The notes below the pieces were generated by a model, which made no database searches, was not told the DNA's origin, and saw only the letters and a list, made by a program, of their open reading frames with translations. From the human T2T-CHM13v2.0 reference genome, Homo sapiens, in assembly GCF_009914755.1 (NCBI RefSeq), contig NC_060925.1: a stretch of 64,000 bases of DNA. One strand, given 5' to 3'. Made by a program: the position numbers and the translations under genes. This document shows positions 1 to 12,450 of this stretch, piece after piece. Each line of letters begins with the position of its first letter. Positions within the stretch are counted from its first letter, which is position 1.

Positions 1-122
1 CAGGGGGCTGAGGTGGGGGTGGGAGGATGGCTCACAAACCTATGTGAGGTAAGGCTGCAGTGAACCATGATGGTGTGACTGCACTCCAGCCTGGTTAACA
101 AAGCGAGACCAAAAAAAAAAAA
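1..122 (+). mobile_element. Old Alu right arm fragment (AluJ/FRAM-like) with poly(A)
   Basis: gctgcagtgaaccatga...gcactccagcctgg...gcgagacc followed by an A tail. Confidence 0.75.
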
Positions 123-918
123 TGTTAGAATCAAGGGACAAAGTACATGTAAGAGGTTTAGAATAGCACTTGGTACAGGAACAGTGAGTGCTCAATAAAT
201 TATTATTAGGTCTCCTCCACCCAGGGCAGGACCTGGGTTTCTGTCCTGAATTGGGACTTCCAAGACAATCACTCCCACACTCAATGTAGTACAGAGCTCT
301 GTGAGTGATCTCTGCCCATGTTCCCCAGGGACACTTCAGCCTGGGTGCTGGGCCTGTTTCCGGTTTTACTGGGGTGGGCTTAGAGCTGTACTTCTATGGG
401 GTTCTCTTTCCTCTCAACGTTGGTTTCCCTCCCAACCCTCACCCCCAACCCCAGGAAGCTCAGTTTACAAGTGCGGTCGGTACCCTCATTTGGTGTTTTT
501 ATTGGCTTTTCTGATAGCCCCTGGACTAGACAATTACATTGAAATTCAGAAGCAGCATGCACTTTTTGGCATTGATGTCTTTAATTAAATTCAATAAGCA
601 TTTATTGAGCACCTAGAGTGTGTAAAATACTGTTCCTTTAAATACATTTAGTCCTGAACTGTTTTAGCTTCTTAGTTTGGATTAGTGCTGATCCATTTCT
701 TAAAGGTTTTATGAAGCATAAATATCAAAATGGAAAAATATTTGCACAGTTCTTTGTAAATATAAACGTCTTGTGTGGATTATTGTTGCTACAGTATTAA
801 TATTAACTGCAGTAACAACACTGCTGCTTCCCAGACAGGCGGTAGAGAGCAGCTGTAGGCCAACAGGAGCCAGACTGAAGAGGTCCAGGGAGGTGCCTCC
901 AGCACGTACGGCCCACAA

Positions 919-1060
919 GGGGCGGAGTCTTAAGAAGCGTACCCAAGCCCCACCCCTTACAGCACCCCCTTCGTCAGGGCGGTGTAGGCGGTTACCATGG
1001 CGATGACGTCCAGAGGGCGGGGAGGGGCGGGGCTATGGAGAGGAGGAGGAAGATGGCGGG
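919..1060 (+). promoter_or_regulatory. Proximal promoter motif cluster: SP/KLF GC boxes, RFX X-box-like, CRE-like, YY1 motif
   Basis: GGGGCGGAG 919-927; CGTCA half-CRE 972-976; GTTACCATGGCGAT 991-1004 (X-box-like); TGACGTCC 1004-1011; GGGGCGGGGC 1024-1033; AAGATGGCGG 1050-1059 (YY1). Motif matches only. Confidence 0.65.
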
Positions 1061-1073
1061 CGGGCTGCTCTGA
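1035..1073 (+). other. Upstream ORF 1 (MERRRKMAGGLL*), with a second in-frame ATG at 1053
   Basis: ATG 1035 to TGA 1071-1073. The internal aagATGg at 1053 has strong Kozak context. Relevance depends on where the TSS lies. Confidence 0.55.
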
Positions 1074-1132
1074 AGAGACCTCGGCGGCGGCGGAGGAGGA
1101 GAGAAGCGCAGCGCCGCGCCGCGCCGGGGCCC

Positions 1133-1282
1133 ATGTGGGGAGGAGTCGGAGTCGCTGTTGCCGCCGCCGCCTGTAGCTGCTGGACCCGAGTGGGAGTGAG
1201 GGGGAAACGGCAGGATGAAGTTCGCCGAGCACCTCTCCGCGCACATCACTCCCGAGTGGAGGAAGCAATACATCCAGTATGA
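1133..1282 (+). other. Overlapping upstream ORF (49 aa), out of frame with XPR1 CDS
   Basis: cccATGt at 1133 reads open through the main ATG (-1 frame) to TGA at 1280-1282. Confidence 0.6.
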
Positions 1283-1283
1283 G
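1215..1283 (+). CDS. XPR1: XPR1 coding exon 1 (N-terminus of SPX domain, [23 protein letters not shown])
   Basis: ATG at 1215 in a caggATGa context, with an in-frame upstream stop TGA at 1197-1199. The translation matches the XPR1 N-terminus as I know it (SPX 'MKF...PEW...YI.Y' signature). The exon ends GAG|gtaccg at a phase-0 GT donor at 1284. Confidence 0.97.
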
Positions 1284-4200
1284 GTACCGGCACGGCTGGG
1301 GTGTGGGAGGACTCGGAGGGGCCACCATCTCGCCAGTCCTGACGTCCACCGCCGCCTTCCGCTTCAGCTGGCTCCCTGTGCCCGGGCAGACTTTGACCCG
1401 CTGCCGCGGGGAGCCACTGCGGCATCCCCGCCGCGGCCGGCCGCCTCCCGGCTCCGCTGTCCTTCCCCTCCCCCGCAGCCCCGCTGCCGCCGGGGTAACG
1501 GATATGCAGGCGGAGGGCCGGGAGGAAAGGCGCTGCCCGGGCCGGGGCCGGGGCCGGGGAACGGTGGGAGGGTGAGCTGCAGGTGGGGGAGTCACGGTGC
1601 GAGGGCAGCCCCGGGTCGCGGCTGTTCCGCGCTAATCCCCTTCTCCCCACTCGCCCTGACCTCTCGTCCCCACCCTGGGCGAGCGCCCCCTCGCCAAGGT
1701 TAGGTCTTGTTTCTCTCTCTACACCTCTCACCAAGGAATCCTTGTCTTCCAAGAGAAGCCCCTCCAGTGATTTCCTTCATTCCAAAGAGCCCTTCGGCTT
1801 TTTCCCACTTGCCCACTGTTGACAAAGGCTTTGTAACGGGGTTGAAACTTGACTTAAGTGTGTATCACATATGTAGTGGTTATAGTTTTTGTAAACACGT
1901 TGTAATCAACTATTCTGCTTTGATAATAAGACTCTTTTTACTGATTGCATGAAGTCTACAGAGTAATAACATCTTTGTTTTTGCCTCTTGTTTTGGAATG
2001 GAGGGAAGAGAAAGGAGAGAAGAGAATTATTAACATTTTTTTATTTTCTGCTAAGTTTTTGCTAGCTGGGGAGAAAATTAGTATATTGTAAACAATATAC
2101 CTTACCTGTGTATTACAGAAATCATGCTCCCCATTCCCTCCCAATTTCTGTGCTAACACTGCTGGAAGGTATTTAATAGATAATAAGGAACCTTACATTA
2201 ATAAAGGGAAAAATAAAGATAATGAACCCATTTATATGTTCAGAAGACAAGATACCTAAGAGGCTTTAAGCATTGCAATAGGTTATTCTCAGTAGCTGGC
2301 AATTCAGCTCCTGGATAGAGAAAGACAGACTTATCTGTAACCTCCAGGAATTCACATCTGTTTTGTGTGCAGGAACAAAGAATATAAAATCAATATGAAC
2401 ACACATAACTTAGCTAGATTTTATGAATTAAACTATTTTAGTTCTCCATTTAATTTTTATATAAGTTTAGTGATAGGAGGTTTGGGCAATAGCAGTGAGT
2501 GTATTTATTCATATAGCCATTGTAATAATTGAAGAAGACAGGGAAAGAGATGCAGGTAGGTTAAACGGAATCTTGAATATTGTGAAATAAATTCACTTGC
2601 AACCTAGAGTATTTCATTATTGCTAGAAATGAAAGGCCTATAATTATTAATGCTTTATTGTCACTCAATTTCTTACAGTATTTTGTGGCCATGTTTTGTA
2701 AGAATGAGTGAAATAAGGGACTAACATTTCAGCCTGCAGAGTTGATTTATTGTTTCTAATAACATTTAGTTTTAAAACCTTGGCTAGAATCCAAGTGATG
2801 GTTTTTATTGAAAGAAGGGTATTGGTCTTTCATCTTTCTAGTAGTAATTTTCAGCACCACTGCCAGTTCTTCACAGAGGCACAGGATAGGAGCATGCTGA
2901 AGCACATCTTATATTTGTTATGTAGCATGGAATGCTTTGGGCAGAAGTAATAGTGGCTGGATGTATGCCATGATTCATTTTAGGTATTTCGACACTTAAC
3001 TATTTCATGGAATTGTATTAATTTGCAATATCTGGGGCTGGAAGGAGAAGCATACGATTTAGTTTGAAAATGCAACCCTCTTAATTTGTAATGTCAGTTT
3101 TGTGGCTGGAGAACCACATTGATTCTGGGACTCCTCATTCACATAGTCCACTTGGATACTGTTCCTAAATGTTTACTGTAGGTTGGTCACAGAGGGGCAA
3201 AATTCCTGAGATTATGTTGTGTCTGCATTATCTTTCTCAGGGCAGTTATAAATTATGTTTTGAAAAATTCGTTTATTGTGGATAATTGAAATTTGATTCT
3301 GCGGAGAGTTCCTACTATATGGCTCCTGTCCTAGATAAACTCATTGTTTGGTAGACAAAATTAAATGAGGCGCACTTTTCTTTGTAAGTTGGAATCAACC
3401 AATATTTTATAGGGTTGGAATCTTGTTTTGTGTGTTGTTTCTGAAGAGTTGGTGCTATTCCTTTAAAAGTAATAGAGAGATGTAAATAAGAGTCTTTAGA
3501 GTCCAGGAATTTTAGCAGTTTAAAACTTTGGGGAAAAAGGACATCCATAAAAATTCTCTAGAGAAAAGGACCTTTTCATAATGAATTAAATTGTAGTTTC
3601 TCATATGAAGATGATGCTCTTAAAATGCTATCAGTAGAACAGATGCTGGGATTTGTTTTTCAAGCACTGGTGGTGAAATTTTTGTATTTTACCCTTGGTT
3701 TCTAGCCTAGGGTGCTTTCTAGTATCGTGAATCAATGTGAACTGTTCAGCTTCTTTGGTTTTTGTGTCATTTTGCTATATTAAATATTACTTGAAATAAG
3801 CAGAGAATTAGAATCTGAAAATTTTGTTTTACATCTGTAATTATATTTAATTATATATAATATGTATATATTGTAGCACAGTAAATACTAGTTTTTGTAT
3901 GTGTTAGCCATGAGACCTGGGGACAATCTTTTTTGCCTTTCCCGGGCTCGCTCTTCTTCCATAAAGTAAGTATATAGGGCCAGAGCTTTTCAAGGTCCAT
4001 TATAGGTCATGTTTTTGATTTAACTTTTAATGGCTTTTATTCCTTGAACTGATAAAATTATTAATGATAATAACCCATCAATATCCTGAAAATTATTATG
4101 TTTTTTAATTTAAAAATAAGTTGTGGTGTTCATAGATTCAGTCTTCATAGGCAGAATAATAAAGCATAAAATAACAGACCAACATGGAGAAGCCATATAA

Positions 4201-5664
4201 AGAAAATCTCTTCAATCCATTTGTAAGTAGTTTGTGCAAAGAATAAACACAAACAAGCCGAGACTATTCCTGTTTCCAGTAATCTGTTTGAGTATAAATT
4301 TTGACATGTAAAATAGAACACCGGTAAATCTTTGTAAGAGCTTTTTTAAAATTTAGAATTAGTGACTATATATTTTAAAGCTCTGCAATTGATTAATCAA
4401 AATTAACTGAGACTGGTTTCAACCAAATAGACTAATATGACCATGTTAATATTTTGCAGAATATTAGCAGAAGAAGCAAATATATTTGGTGCCTTAGGCT
4501 GCTGACTTTCCCTAGGGCCTTGTGTTTCTTTGGTTTCTCAGGACCCAGGAATGATTTTTTTCAGTGTATCCTTTGTTTTGTAATAAAATAACAAGGTTTC
4601 TAAATTACAGGATTTTAGAGCTAAAAGGGAATTTAAAGATTATCTACCTTGTTTTTCCAGGCAAGGAAACTAAGGTCCAGAGGGGTTAAGCCACTTGTTT
4701 AGGAATATGTGTATATGTCTCTTGAGCATGTGTAAGCATTGAGAGTCCGGTCACACTGTGTGATCCTGATGAAACCATTTCTTCTTTTAGCTAAGAAACA
4801 TCTGAGTTTCTTTAATGTTAGAGAATTGGACTTGATTTCTAAGCTCACAACCCCCGTATTATTTAAGGACTCATCCAGCTCTAAAATTCTGTGTTTTTAA
4901 ATGGTTTTATTATGTTTGGTATATGAAGAGGACAGAACTTAACAGGAGTATTAATAGCATCCTTTAAAATTAATAATATCCTTTCAAAAATTTTTGATAT
5001 TTTGATCTGTGAATAAGATGTTAACCCAGTGAAACTCTCTTATTTAACTTAAAAAGGGATGACGATGAATTAATTTTTTATTGCAGGATTTTGGAAAGGA
5101 GAGGTTCTGCATGAACTACACTTCCATTATATTCAGGTATAAGGAGACATTACCATAACATTATTAACGATTTTCATTTATAGAACTCTCCCATGGGAAC
5201 ACTTGTGTTACAGGCTTCAGTTTCCCAAAGGTATTATGTTGATTAGGTAGGTTTAACTTGAGTTGCTGCAACTTGTTTGAAATATCCAGTTTGGCCACCC
5301 GATGGGGCACAAACCACACTTTTTCTTTCAGACACTTTTGTAAATCAAAGTATAGTATAGTGTGTTTAAGATAACACTTGTAAATGATTGCGTCAATGAG
5401 ATGGTTGGCATTTACAAATGTTTCTTAAGTGAGTGAATGAATGTTGTAAAGACAGGAAGCTATAACTATTCTTTATCATCTTTAAGTGTGTCAGCGTGAG
5501 TATGCTGGAAAGATTATACTTGTCCGTTTATCCTGAAGGTTGGTTTTGGATCAGCTTTTGGGTGAAGGCCCAGATCATAAGAACCTAAGAATCTTATTTG
5601 ACCTGGGGTGACCATGGAAACTTAGTCCTAGCTTCAAATTCAGTCCTAATCTGGGAAGCATTTA

Positions 5665-6165
<501 letters not shown>

Positions 6166-6561
6166 TTAATAAATGGATTGATGCAGTACCCCTGCTAAGG
6201 AGGTCATGCACAGGTATACTGAAGAAAACAGAAGGATTGCCAGTGGCTTTTTCACTTGTTTGTTCGCTTTGGCAGATAATCATTAATCCAGTTATGGGTG
6301 CATAATTAAATGAATCTATAAATTATTATCTAGTTTTAGCCAAATCAACCGCTAGGAAATAGACATGTCTTAAAAAGACTCCTGTAAAGATTCCATAACA
6401 GTAATACCAATAATGCAAGCACAAGTGAACAACAAGAAAATGACAACAGAGCTGAGGTTTCTCCTTCTAGTACTAGCTTTTTGGCAGCCAAATTACAGAT
6501 AAAAACAATAACACTTTAGTAGACTTGACAAGAAGTTCGCCAAAAATTTAAAAATTATTAA

Positions 6562-6879
<318 letters not shown>

Positions 6880-8020
6880 TGAAGTAAGGTTTTACATCTA
6901 CTGTCAGTCACAATGAACTTGACTGTAAGTGTATATATTATGAGTATTCTGCCTTTGTAAGGTCTGTTTTTTCAGTTTATAGCCATTAATTAAGTTTCAA
7001 AATCAAATGAATCCTGAACTTTGAACTGGACCTTTGAAACACTGTATCATAAAATGTTAAATGAAGGTTTTATTTATTTAAAAAACTTTTTTGTTTTTTT
7101 AATGAAGATTAAAAAAATGAAACTTTTCAGTTATGTTCTCTCAAAGCATTGTTATTGATAATTTCTTAGATCAAAAATATTTTTGTACTGTTCATAAATG
7201 AAAGGTAGAAATTATTTCATCCTTGTGTCATCTTTTTAAAACTTCTATTTTAAACAATTTTGTTTTACATTGTACACAGATACAGATGGGTATAATTAAT
7301 AAATAAATATGCATATATTGGAGATACATAATAAAACTTTTTTTAAATAGGGATTTGACATAATAAAAGTTTGGAAGACTTTGCCCAACTTGTACAGATT
7401 AACCACAGCTGGTTTGTGGGTTGCCTGGTATTGAGGTGGCCTTTGGGAATGAGAGAGTGTCAGACTTCACCAGGGTTCTTGCCCAGTGTATTTGCCTTTT
7501 CAGGTCTTTCCTTATCTAGTAAATGCTAAAAGAAGCCAGCAGAGAAAGCTCATGAACAAATACCTTACAAATCATTCGTTCATTCCACAAATTTATAGAA
7601 GTCTTCCTTTGCTATAGGCTGATTTGTCATTAAATGCTAGCTTTCAGTACCTTAAAAATAACAGAAAAAAACCAAAACACACACACCCCAAATTTGTGTG
7701 TATGTGTGTATTTGGTTTTGTATTTCAGTCAACATAGTATTTTTAAAATTAAAAAGTGGTGTAGAAAGGGAAGACTGAAGATTGAGGACTTGGAACATGG
7801 ATATAAATTTGTATTACTTTTGTATAAATTTGTATTACTTTTGTAATACAAATAAATCTTGTACTACTTTATACTTCTGTATAAATTTGGATTACTTTTG
7901 TAACTTAAGTTATATTCCTTTAAAGTCTTAGTTGTTTACTCAGACTGATATTTAGTCACCTATTTCTTCCCATCACCAAGCAAGTGTGGTATGTATAGGG
8001 ACTGATCAGAAAATGTTTTA

Positions 8021-8317
<297 letters not shown>

Positions 8318-9019
8318 TTAAAAATTGTTTATTTGCTAGGGAGTCAAAGGAAAATATAATTAATCTACTGTAAACATAACTTAAAATTTTCATAATCTCT
8401 ATAACAAGAGGCTTAATATATTGATTAAGAAAACATAGTCATCTTTTATTAATTGAGGATGACCTGCTGTATTAGAAAGACCTTGGACCAGAAACCAGAT
8501 ATAAATCCTAAAATCCAGTTCTATCATTGACTATTCGTAAATAACTAGTGAACAAGTGATTTTTTTCAAGGACTGAAATTTAATCATAGAGAAAAGTGAG
8601 AAGTTTTTAGGTTATTTTTATGTGAGTTACTTATCTAGGCTAAATTTGTTAAAGTCGTAATTCATAGGGTAATCCATGTGCTTTGTGGGCTTTTTTTATA
8701 CCTTAGAGTAGTGGCTCTCAAACTTTTTGGTTTCAGGACCACTTGAAACTCTTAACAGTTATTGAGGATTCCAGTGTACATCGATACATATACTGTATTA
8801 GAAGTTTGAAGATAGCCTGAAAAAAGGTTCTCTAGTCTTATCAAACATGGAAGAGGATAAAGGAGTTCCCTGGGTGAGGAGTGTCTGGTATCTGCCCTAC
8901 AGCAAGGACAATAGAGAAAAGAAAGTTGGCTTCCCTGGATCTCATGTGATCCCTAATTCTACTCTCCTTTCTTTAAATTGAATTAGCAGAAGTGTGGTAA
9001 GCTTGTCATTAAGGAGAAA

Positions 9020-9490
9020 GGAATTAACATTTATTGAGCAGTTAGGAACCAGGTGTCAGCTGTTTTACATATGTTATCTCAATGTTCACAGTAGTTTTGT
9101 AAGATAGATGATTTATTATCTCCATTTTACTGATGAGGAAACCCAGGCTTAGAGAGATCAGTAATTTGCTTAAGGCTCTATACTTAGTAAGTAAATGGAA
9201 CCAGAATTTGAAATTAAATCAAATCAGACTGTGGAGCTGTTGCTTTTATATGGAAATTGTAAATAACAGCAGTGGTGGTAGTAGTGGCAATAACAGCAGC
9301 TGTTATTTTTTGAGCGCTTACTGTATCAGGCACTGTGGTAAGTTCTTTAAAAACACCTCTTATAGCGTAGGTTGTTAGCTCCGTTTCTAGATGGTGGAGA
9401 CTGAATCTCGGAGCCATTAGGTAACTGATTATGTTGATAGTAATTGTGGATAGCTAATTGTGGAGATTGTAAGAGCCCATGCTCTTAATT
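9020..9490. mobile_element. Two MIR fragments
   Basis: MIR core-like 'atctccattttactgatgaggaaacccaggcttagagagatcagtaatttgct' and a second diverged copy. Confidence 0.6.
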
Positions 9491-10074
9491 TCTATGGCGT
9501 ACTGTTTTATGAAAAATGAATAAATCCATCCACTTAAACATGCATACATTTAGGCCTGGTCTGACCTGTTCTTAGGCACCGCTGACCTTTCTACAGCCCA
9601 GTGAAGTAATGGCGGGTCTATTTTTAGTCCCAGGTCTTAGTCTGCATAGTTTGGAGATAGTAGAGTGTGGTCTGTAGGATAGTGTTCACCTCTGTTAAAT
9701 TATATTTCCCTCAAGGTTATCAGTGTAACTATTACTGGACAGCCAGCTGGTAAATAAAGGAACTTACGAAGATAAATCAGAAGAAAAAGGTAAGGAGATA
9801 AGGTGATAAGGGTAAAAAGAGGAGGACAAAAGTGGACAGCTGTTTGCTGTGCTACAGTTTTGGTGTTTGGCTTCTGGATCATAAATCATGGAATGTTAGA
9901 CTTGTAAGGAACTTTTAAGCTTATTTAGCTCAACTTCCTTTTTTACCCAAATGGGAAAAGAGGTTAAGTGATTCAGGTTATATGGTTTTGTTTGTAGCTG
10001 AGTTAACACAATCACCCTGATTCATTTTATTGCTCATTAGTTTATATAATATGCTAGTATATTAATAACACATA

Positions 10075-10300
10075 GAAAAAAACTCTGAAGCCAGTCTACC
10101 TAAGTTTATATTCCAGCTCCACCAACATACTAGTTGAGTGACTTCAGGCAAGTCAGTTAACCTTTTTGTGCTTCAGTTTCCTCATCTGTAAAACAGGGAT
10201 AATAATAGTACTTACAGGATTGTTGTGAGGATTAAATGAGTTAAAAATATGAAAAGTGTTTAGAACAATACCTGGCACATAGTAACAGCAATAAATTTCC
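10075..10300 (+). mobile_element. MIR SINE
   Basis: 'ggcaagtcagttaaccttt...cttcagtttcctcatctgtaaaacagggataataatagta...cctggcacatagta'. Confidence 0.85.
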
Positions 10301-11469
10301 TATTAAAATTATTTCTTCTGCAGAGCTCAACAATACTAAATAATGTTTGGCTAATATTATTTTTGACTGGGAAAGTGAGACTCAAAGCTTGTTCCTCCAG
10401 GTTTGTCCAGTTTAGGTTTTCATGGAAAATGGCTTTGTTGATTTTTTGCTAATATTTTTCTTAATAAATCACTCTTAACCTTTTTGTACAGAGTAAGAAA
10501 ACCAGGTGAGAACAATTATGTGGCTGTGAGGTAAGTTAGTTCTCTTGTAACTTGTGTTCATCTCAGTTATAGACTGTGTCTGTATATTTGTTTTTAGAAT
10601 TGAGGTGAAATTTGCATGTGTTATTAAGTATGTCTGAATGGCTTAAGTGAGTTGCTTGAGTTTTTAGTGGGTATCTGATTTTAGTTCTTTTCAATTTTCT
10701 AGTGAAAATTTAATTTTTAATCTTTTTTAGAGTTGAAAGAGACCTTCTCAACCCCTCTGTTTTACAAATGAATAAATTGAGAGCAGAGATGCCAAGATAC
10801 CTGGTCAGAGTCTCATGACTAGCTAATAGCAGAGCCTGATATAAGAATATTGGCCTTCTGCTTACTGCTGTATCTTGTTAAGGCTTATCATTGCTGTATA
10901 AACATTGCTTTGAAATTTTAAGAATGAAGTTTCTTTGTAAGAGTCAGTAGGGATTTAAATGTTCTTGTTAATGATTACTCAGATACTCTGCATTAATACA
11001 TTTATCTGTATCTAATCCATTAGATTCCATTAACAACCTGAAATAGTTCTTGCAAATGCCAATTAAAAGACTGGGTAAATTAATGATGTTATTATTTACC
11101 CAACAACAAGAAAGTTCGGCATTGCCCTATTTAGTTATGGTCACAAGTGGAAACCTATCTTGAGTGAGGAGATAGGACCGAGGAATTATGCTGAGGCTTG
11201 AGGGGTCAGGTAACAATGAAAGCAAGACTCAGGAAGGTTTAGAAATGAATTGGCCTCGTTCCTCTGTAACATTTTAATGTTAGCACAGGTTACATGTGTT
11301 GCCTGTACATGAAGAGTGTATCCTTTACCTGTAACCCAAATTGCCAAGCCAAAGTCAGAGCATATATGGGTAGAGAAGATAAGAATATGAATGAAACCAG
11401 TTTACTAAGTATACATGACTGTCCCCTTTCTTTTTTTTTAAAAAAATAATAAAACAATAATGAGGATAA

Positions 11470-11680
11470 TAACAACAGCTCATGTTTGTTGAGTGCTCTA
11501 GTGTGCCAGGCATTTTACATTTAATCCTTACCTTCTAAGGTAGGTTTTGTTATCCCCATTATAAGAAGATACTGAGTCTGAGATGAAATAGATTGCCCAA
11601 GGTCATGTAGCTAGGGAGTGTTAGAACCAGAATTCAGACACAGGTATGACACAGATATTTCAGACACTGAATTCTTAACT
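11470..11680 (-). mobile_element. MIR SINE
   Basis: 'gtgccaggca...tatccccatt...actgag...gcccaaggtcatgtagctag'. Confidence 0.7.
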
Positions 11681-12271
11681 TGGTATTATGCTGTCAGGTA
11701 ATATAATAAGTAAGACTTAGTTCCTGCCTTAGAGGAGTTCTTAATTTGGGTGGTCTCCTGATCACAGTATGTACTGTGATTATGTTATAGAGGAATGACC
11801 AATTGATTTTGCTCTAGAGTGTAAAGACGTTTATCTTGGAAGGATCTGCAGAGGTGGTGTTTGAAATGGGTACTAGAGATTGAGTATGATGTTAACACAT
11901 AGTGAAGAGGGGAAAGGGCACCTGGGGAAATCTAGGAGTTAGAGTAATAGAGAACAGAGACAAAGATGAGTGGAAGTATCCAAACATAGTTAATGCAATC
12001 TGGTTTAGTTAGATATGTTGAAGAGCTGGTAAAGTGAAGTTGGGAAGGTGAGCTGGGAGGGATGAAAGACTGAAGGGTGTGTAATACCATTCTAAGAAGT
12101 TTAAACATTTTCCTGGTATGAAGCATTAAGGATTTTAAAGAAGAGATTGGGAGAGGGGTTAGTTCAAAGTGAGGTGTGTAATCTAGATCTTGGAGGATAC
12201 TTTGGAGAGTGCAAGACCAAAGACAGGAAAACCAAACAGCATAGCCAAGGATAATGAAGGCTTGAATTAAT

Positions 12272-12450
12272 ACCTTATTTAGTCAATCTTAATATGTGCT
12301 TTTTTTCACATTTTAACATCTGAAATCAGGGTATGTCTTATAATTAATGCTATGCCATAGTTTAATTGGCAGACATTTTTCCATTCTTAGAAGCACATAA
12401 AATAATGGTGTATGTTGTTATTAGTGGCGTTCTAGATTTGATGAAATACA
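12272..12450. mobile_element. Ancient TcMar-type MITE (MER104/Kanga-like)
   Basis: 'ttttttcacattttaacatctgaaatcaggg...tagatttgatgaaatac'. A related copy lies at ~20445-20620. Confidence 0.5.

Larger units (their letters stand above)
900..1700. promoter_or_regulatory. XPR1: CpG island covering XPR1 promoter, exon 1 and start of intron 1
   Basis: Very GC-rich and CpG-dense against AT-rich, CpG-depleted flanks. No obvious TATA box. Confidence 0.92.

Noticed and set aside
1215-1703. 162-aa ORF beginning at the XPR1 ATG
   Set aside because: Only the first 23 codons are XPR1. The rest is read-through past the donor into GC-rich intron, where stop codons are rare.
957-1752. Antisense ORFs of 212, 168 and 93 aa across the CpG island (possible antisense gene)
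   Set aside because: Low-complexity Pro/Arg/Gly/Ala content expected from GC richness, with no recognisable domain. An antisense transcript cannot be inferred from sequence alone.
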